A stretch of 64,000 nt of DNA, taken from NCBI GenBank assembly GCA_017631435.1, contig JAGBTG010000042.1:16028-80027 (forward strand), given 5' to 3'. Position numbers and translations under genes: made by a program. The notes beneath the pieces were generated by a model that saw nothing but the letters and a program-made list of their open reading frames with translations, did not search any database and was not told the origin of the DNA. Below are positions 59,149 to 64,000 of the stretch, piece after piece (position 1 is the first letter of the stretch; each line of letters begins with the position of its first letter). The stretch is from Bacteroidales bacterium. Its GTDB lineage: Bacteria > Bacteroidota > Bacteroidia > Bacteroidales > UBA932.

Positions 59149-59469
59149 ACTTACTAGTGATAGCTGTGATACAGTATTGCACTTTTTATGGATATTTTTC
59201 TAGCACCAATCAATATCGCATCAAGTTGGAGAACCGCTAATGTTGAAAGATAATTTTTAGCGGCATGCTCACTTGTTTCAACTATAGATACACATCTTCT
59301 AATGTCTCTCCCCTTGGAATCATATTACTGTCATTAAATTAAACAGCAGTAAAACTAAGAGGTAACGGTTAAAAACCTTGCCAAAAAAAGATAAAGTTTT
59401 CATCCCGACAGAAGATTTTTCTTTTTTCTAAAAGATACCCAACCGTACAGGAACAGGCAAGGTTGGGTA

Positions 59470-59509
59470 TATATAAAAAGCAAAGAGGGCAACCTTTTTG
59501 GTTACCCTC
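59470..59509 (-). terminator. Rho-independent terminator after transglutaminase-like copy 2
   Basis: Stem GAGGGCAACC (59485-59494) pairs with GGTTACCCTC (59500-59509) with one mismatch. The minus-strand tail is TTTGCTTTTT. Confidence 0.6.
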
Positions 59510-59529
59510 CGTCTGCTTATTGGAGAATC

Positions 59530-60954
59530 TTATAGATACTCAACATTCATTTTGTATTTCCAACGGCCAAAGTAGAGGTTCTCACCTTTCCACTCAACCT
59601 CGCCGCGCTGGAAGTCTACAGTCTCGCTGCGCAAGTGTGTTTTTGCAGGGAAGAAGTTGCCTGAGTAGTCTTCGTTCACATAGTATCTGTATGCGTCAAT
59701 GCCGCCAAGGTAGAAGTGGGCAACGTTGTCCATTTCGTTAGGTACACGGCCGAATGATACGTCTACAGGTACCCAGCCGATTCCCTCAAAGTAAGCCTCA
59801 GCCCAGTCGTGAAGATTGATCTCGCCCGGATGAAGCATCCATCCGCTCTGCCATTTTGCAGGGATACCTGCGTAGCGGGCCATTGTAATGAAGGTAAGTC
59901 CAACCTGACCGCAGTCTCCGTGGTTGTTCTTGAGTACGTATGAAGGGATGTTTTCCAATGTTGCATACTCTCTTGCGCTTGCCCAAGGGTAAGTTTTTGT
60001 AATGTAGTCGAAGATTCTTCTTGCCTTAAGGTAAGGGTTGGTCTCTCCTGCAATAAGTGAATCGGTAAGTTTCTTTATCTCCGGTGTGAAGATTACGTGA
60101 GTATTGCGCTCTGCAGTGTATTTTTTGTAAAGCTCGCTCTCAGTGTCGTAAGGTTTTACATCATCTGCGCCAAAGTTGAACCAGTGGTCTGCAATGCTCA
60201 ATTCAAGTTCATATCCGAACTTCATTGCGCTGTCCTTGATGGCTATGGCCTCCATGTAGATGCTCTTGTGCTCATAGCTGTCGGGAGAAATGATATAGTC
60301 CTTGTTGGTGGTGGAGATGAGTTTTACATTGGTGCTGCGTTTGGTCTCCCTTGGGTAAGGCATCCATACTCTTATCATCTCGCCTGCAGGAACCTCGTTG
60401 GGTTTTACGGTGATTGAGTAGTTGATCTTGAATTTTTTAGGCTCACTTAGGTTCTCAACCTTGTCTTTTGAAGTATGTGCCACTACAGAAGGTATGTAGT
60501 CTGCAAGGAAAAGGTCAAGTTCGTCTGACTGTCTTCCTTTTACATCCCAATGTGCCTGGGCATCCTTGTCAATTCTGAAGAGGTTTCTTGGGGCGTTCCA
60601 GAAGTATTTCTTTACGCCGTCTATGGTCATGCACTCAAGGGCGCCGGTGCTCTCCCAGTGGGCAATCTGCTCAGGGGTTACATCAGGAATCACTTTTTTG
60701 ATGTATGCCAGAACAGTAGTGTCATCTTTTGAGAAGTCCTGTCGGATGCGAGCCATAGTCTGGACTTTGGCTTCAAGATCCCAGATCTGGCCAGGGGTAA
60801 GCTCCTCTGTGGCAATTTTAAGTTTGATCATCTGCTCTGCCTGGGCAAACTGGCCGCTCTTTATTGCAGCATCAATGTTCTCGTCTGTGATTTCAGGCAT
60901 CTGGCATGCGTATAGGGCAAATACCATTGCCAATAGTGTAAAAAGTTTTTTCAT
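59530..60954 (-). CDS. Transglutaminase-like cysteine-protease-fold lipoprotein (copy 2)
   Basis: Paralog of 57493-58920 with lipobox LYACQ and the same HGDCGQ / HDW / WVPVD motifs. The ATG at 60954 is preferred over the track start at 60981. Confidence 0.85.
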   Translation of the reverse strand: MKKLFTLLAMVFALYACQMPEITDENIDAAIKSGQFAQAEQMIKLKIATEELTPGQIWDLEAKVQTMARIRQDFSKDDTTVLAYIKKVIPDVTPEQIAHWESTGALECMTIDGVKKYFWNAPRNLFRIDKDAQAHWDVKGRQSDELDLFLADYIPSVVAHTSKDKVENLSEPKKFKINYSITVKPNEVPAGEMIRVWMPYPRETKRSTNVKLISTTNKDYIISPDSYEHKSIYMEAIAIKDSAMKFGYELELSIADHWFNFGADDVKPYDTESELYKKYTAERNTHVIFTPEIKKLTDSLIAGETNPYLKARRIFDYITKTYPWASAREYATLENIPSYVLKNNHGDCGQVGLTFITMARYAGIPAKWQSGWMLHPGEINLHDWAEAYFEGIGWVPVDVSFGRVPNEMDNVAHFYLGGIDAYRYYVNEDYSGNFFPAKTHLRSETVDFQRGEVEWKGENLYFGRWKYKMNVEYL

Positions 60955-61013
60955 AGGGTTTTTAATTTCGTATTTGTACAAAGGTAATAAAATTTCTTAC
61001 GGAGAGTCAGAAC

Positions 61014-61051
61014 GGGCACAAAAAAAGGTAACCCGTTTTTAGGTTACCTTT
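61014..61051 (-). terminator. Rho-independent terminator after efp
   Basis: Stem AAAGGTAACC (61024-61033) pairs with GGTTACCTTT (61042-61051). The minus-strand tail is T7. Confidence 0.7.
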
Positions 61052-61074
61052 CAGTCTGTTTTCTGTTGCAGAGA

Positions 61075-61641
61075 TTATCTTACGCGCTCGCCGTAGCTTC
61101 TGTCCTCAACTTTAACACGGATTTTCTCACCCTGGTTGATGAACAAAGGAACCATGATTCTTGCGCCGGTCTCAAGTGTACACTCTTTCTGTGCGTTGGT
61201 AGAAGCTGTGTCACCTTTAACAGCAGGCTCAGTGTAAGTTACCTCTAGCTCAACGAACTGTGGAAGCTCGCAAGTTAGGCATCTCTCCTCGTCTGCAAGG
61301 AACATCATCTCAACGTACTGACCCTCTTTCATAAGGTCTGCGTTGTCTACGAAATCCTCCTCAAGGTGAATCTGCTCAAAAGTCTCGTTGTGCATGAAGT
61401 TGAAACCTGTCTCATCTTTGTAAAGGAACTGGTAAGGTCTTCTCTCAACGGTGATGATCTCAATTTTCTCACCTGCACTGAAAGTGTTCTCAAGAATTTT
61501 ACCGTTCTCAAGGTTTCTGAATTTGGTTTTTACAAAAGCAGGACCTTTACCAGGTTTTACATGCTGGAAATAAATCAACTGACAAGGTTTGCCATTGTAG
61601 TTGAAGAACAAACCGTTCTTAAAATCTGCAGTAGTTGCCAT
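61075..61641 (-). CDS. efp: Translation elongation factor P
   Basis: A 188-aa protein with the KPGKGPAFVKTKFRN loop region and a three-domain EF-P layout. Confidence 0.95.
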   Translation of the reverse strand: MATTADFKNGLFFNYNGKPCQLIYFQHVKPGKGPAFVKTKFRNLENGKILENTFSAGEKIEIITVERRPYQFLYKDETGFNFMHNETFEQIHLEEDFVDNADLMKEGQYVEMMFLADEERCLTCELPQFVELEVTYTEPAVKGDTASTNAQKECTLETGARIMVPLFINQGEKIRVKVEDRSYGERVR

Positions 61642-61684
61642 ATCTTATTATCTGTAAATTATTTGATTCTTGTAAAAGCGGGTG

Positions 61685-61692
61685 CAAATATA
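61685..61692 (-). promoter_or_regulatory. Bacteroidota-type -7 promoter box for efp
   Basis: TATATTTG on the minus strand, about 43 nt upstream of ATG 61641, with a TTTG about 18 nt further upstream. Confidence 0.35.
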
Positions 61693-61723
61693 CTACAAGT
61701 TTGTGATTTTCAAAAATTGGCAA

Positions 61724-62119
61724 CTATTCTCTTTCAATGCGCAGTTGCTGTATCTGGTTCCCCTTTTCCTGGGTCATTACAAAGAGTGTAATGCGGAATT
61801 TCTCACCGCCGGCACTCAGGCTGCCTATTGCGTATGTGAGGGGAGCCTTGCCGCTCTTGTGGATTACCGAGAAGGCCTTTGGTGTGTAGTTTACAAAAAA
61901 ATCTTTCATTATCTGGGTTGCCTGTACCTTGCTGCATGAACTTACAGAGCCAAGGATATCCAGTTCCAGATTGCTGGCAAACCAGGCAGAGAGTTTCTCA
62001 GCATCGCCCAACTGGATGTATTTCCCTATAGGTACAAAAACATCCGCCTGTTTCTGCTGTGCAGACAAGCCTGTGAATGATATGATTGCGGCCAATGCCA
62101 AAAGTATTGTTCTTTTCAT
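61724..62119 (-). CDS. Secreted small protein, DUF4783-like
   Basis: Signal peptide (MKRTILLALAAIISFTGLSAQ) and a domain of about 110 aa resembling Bacteroidota DUF4783 proteins. The ATG at 62119 is preferred. Confidence 0.6.
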   Translation of the reverse strand: MKRTILLALAAIISFTGLSAQQKQADVFVPIGKYIQLGDAEKLSAWFASNLELDILGSVSSCSKVQATQIMKDFFVNYTPKAFSVIHKSGKAPLTYAIGSLSAGGEKFRITLFVMTQEKGNQIQQLRIERE

Positions 62120-62196
62120 ATGTATGCTTGTATTTAATTGTGCAAATAACGGCATTAAACTTGCAAAAAACAAGCCATATTCCTACTTTTGTTTAT

Positions 62197-62670
62197 ATGA
62201 AGATTACTTTGTTGCTAGTTGGAAAAACAGCCTTCCCGTATATAAATGAGGGGATTGCAATTTATGAGAAACGCCTTGGCCATTACGTGAATTATGCCAG
62301 GGTAGAGATTCCCGAGCTCAAGAATGTACAGGCCCTGAGCCAGGACCAGATAAAGGAGAAGGAGGGGGAACTCATACTCAAAAATATAAAGAACACGGAT
62401 GATGTCATTCTTCTCGACGAGCGTGGAAACACCTTTACCTCCCTTGAGTGGGCATCACATCTGCAGAAGAAGATGAACTATGAAGGGAAGGATATTGTAT
62501 TTGTGATAGGTGGAGCCTACGGGTTTTCACAGAAGGTGTACCAGAGGGCAAACGGCAAAATATCGCTTTCCAAGATGACATTTTCGCATCAGATAATAAG
62601 GGTGATTTTTCTGGAGCAGCTTTACAGGGCGTTTACAATAATGAAGGGTGAGCCATATCATCACGAGTAA
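62197..62670 (+). CDS. rlmH: 23S rRNA (pseudouridine1915-N3)-methyltransferase
   Basis: SPOUT RlmH length (157 aa) and motifs (LDERG, VIGGAYGF, LSLSKMTFSHQ). The ATG at 62197 is preferred. Confidence 0.9.
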   Translation: MKITLLLVGKTAFPYINEGIAIYEKRLGHYVNYARVEIPELKNVQALSQDQIKEKEGELILKNIKNTDDVILLDERGNTFTSLEWASHLQKKMNYEGKDIVFVIGGAYGFSQKVYQRANGKISLSKMTFSHQIIRVIFLEQLYRAFTIMKGEPYHHE

Positions 62671-62676
62671 CAAAAA

Positions 62677-64000
62677 ATGGAAAGGTTTGCAGAGGACATA
62701 AAGAGATGGTTGCGCAATGCATGGCAATTGCTGCTGGGGAACAGGACATCTGTGCTGTTCGTACTGGCGGCGGCAATGGCTGTCCTCTCGTACTTTGCAG
62801 TTCCGTCGGGAGTGGAGATATATGAGGCGGCTGCCAGACTGGAGAAAAAAGTGCAGGACAGGCAGGAGATTTTAAGGGGATATGTTCAGCAGGCCCTTGA
62901 GATTCCGGTTGATGAGTGGATGAAGCTGGATGGTCTTCCCGACGATATGGTAATATACCGTTACAATGCAGATACCCTGCAGTCGTGGGCAAACCAGTTC
63001 CCTGTGGCAAATGATGAGGTGGATGTGCTCACTTTGTGGTACAGGATAAACCATCTCAACAGCAGGAGCCTTTTCAATGCCCCGTTGGCGTATCTTACCG
63101 AGCAGGAGCAGTATGTGAACCTGGGATCTGCCTGGTATGTGGTAAAAGTATACAGGAAGGATGCCATAAAGATAATATCGGGACTCCTCATAAAGACTGA
63201 GTACCTTTCAAACAATACTATCCTTTCCAGCAGGATAAACCCGGAACTTGGTGTAAAGAGGATGATGACCATAACCCCTGTTACATTTGATGAGGGGGCA
63301 GTTGTAAAGGGACTCGACGGCGGTGCGCTGTTTTCTCTTGGCGATGATTTGAGGTCATATCCTGGTGGTGCCCCAATGACATTGAGATGGATGGCTATCC
63401 TGTTTTTCTGCGGCGCAATGTTCTCGTTCATTTACGGAAGGCGTACATTCAGGGTGTTGGGGCTGTATTTGTTGGCGCTTACCGGTGTGAGGGCTGTCTG
63501 TTTTGGCCTTACATCTGCACTCAGGTTCAGTTCGGAACTGTTCTCTCCAACTTTATATGCAGATGTGGGACTGTTCTCTTCATTTGGAAACTTCCTGCTC
63601 AATAACCTGTATGTCTCATTGGTGGCCCTTGGCGTGTATCTGCTGAGGAAAAGGATATTGCACCTTTACAGCAATTCTGAAGCTTGGGCCAAAAGGGGTG
63701 TGGTGGCACTCTCTGTGGCCTTTGTTGCAGCACAGATATTTTATATAAACTATGTCTTTGTTTCCCTGATCAACAACTCAAGCATTGTACTTGAGCTGTA
63801 CAGGTTGGAGGAATTGAGTGTATATTCCATAGTGGCATATGCCTCGTATGCATTGCTTTTTGTGGGGCTTCTTTTCTCCATACAGCTTGTGTTGCCAATG
63901 TTGCCTTTTGTACGGAGATACTCCGTACTCAGGCCCCGTAACCTGTTGGCGTATATTGCAGCGGTTTCGCTGTATACAATGCTGGTAGTTGGCGGTATGG
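62677..64000 (+). CDS. Multi-pass membrane protein, N-terminal part (partial, continues past the window end)
   Basis: The frame is open from ATG 62677 to the window end. It is absent from the ORF track because it has no stop. The layout is one TM, an extracytoplasmic domain of about 200 aa, then at least five TM helices. It could be a sensor-kinase input module, but no kinase motif lies within the window. Confidence 0.6.
   Translation, partial: MERFAEDIKRWLRNAWQLLLGNRTSVLFVLAAAMAVLSYFAVPSGVEIYEAAARLEKKVQDRQEILRGYVQQALEIPVDEWMKLDGLPDDMVIYRYNADTLQSWANQFPVANDEVDVLTLWYRINHLNSRSLFNAPLAYLTEQEQYVNLGSAWYVVKVYRKDAIKIISGLLIKTEYLSNNTILSSRINPELGVKRMMTITPVTFDEGAVVKGLDGGALFSLGDDLRSYPGGAPMTLRWMAILFFCGAMFSFIYGRRTFRVLGLYLLALTGVRAVCFGLTSALRFSSELFSPTLYADVGLFSSFGNFLLNNLYVSLVALGVYLLRKRILHLYSNSEAWAKRGVVALSVAFVAAQIFYINYVFVSLINNSSIVLELYRLEELSVYSIVAYASYALLFVGLLFSIQLVLPMLPFVRRYSVLRPRNLLAYIAAVSLYTMLVVGGM

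Noticed and set aside
59150-59470. Additional hairpins in the paralog spacer: CCGCTAA..TTAGCGG at about 59235-59264, and ATACCCAACC..GGTTGGGTAT at 59435-59470.
   Set aside because: Neither has an associated promoter-like box or a convincing T-tract in either orientation. They may be decayed terminators from the duplication event, and the evidence does not support calling them features.

Overview
This window looks like a chromosomal segment of a Bacteroidota (Bacteroidales-like) genome. The evidence is repeated TAnnTTTG -7 promoter boxes, no Shine-Dalgarno dependence, an exbB-hyp-exbD-exbD block, DUF4834/DUF4783-type small proteins, and a dcw cluster without murF or ddl. Most of the window is housekeeping sequence.

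Plus strand, 164-21757: a 763-aa anchored protein, a DUF4834-like protein and an MsbA-type ABC exporter; then acyl-CoA ligase, dCMP deaminase, S41 protease, rpiB, truB, queA, dprA, tatD-like, ansA, exbB/exbD/exbD, alkaline phosphatase, a GHL10 lipoprotein, an SGNH esterase, asnS and a TonB-like protein.

Minus strand, 28433-45165: gltX followed by a complete dcw cluster (mraZ rsmH ftsL ftsI murE mraY murD ftsW murG murC ftsQ ftsA ftsZ).

Remainder, 45345-64000: M23 peptidase, O-methyltransferase, M16 peptidase, dnaX, lptB, LD-carboxypeptidase, ispH, cmk, a Ppx/GppA-like protein, a sigma-54 activator, cyclophilin, two tandem transglutaminase-like lipoproteins, efp, rlmH and a partial membrane protein.

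The clearly accessory part is a low-G+C island at about 21765-28330. It holds a membrane-spanning TPR/LuxR-type regulator divergent from a 923-aa MG2-like secreted protein, a truncated O-antigen-ligase-like gene, and two small membrane proteins interleaved with Rhs/YD-repeat gene fragments, which resembles an orphan immunity array.

Other points of interest:
- an NtrC-type activator with no DNA-binding domain
- a candidate sRNA and nested inverted repeats around the duplicated transglutaminase-like genes
- a short motif array containing a duplicated ispH 3' end

I saw no rRNA, tRNA, CRISPR array, integrase or transposase. I found no complete, clearly novel multi-gene system. The island is the best candidate for follow-up.
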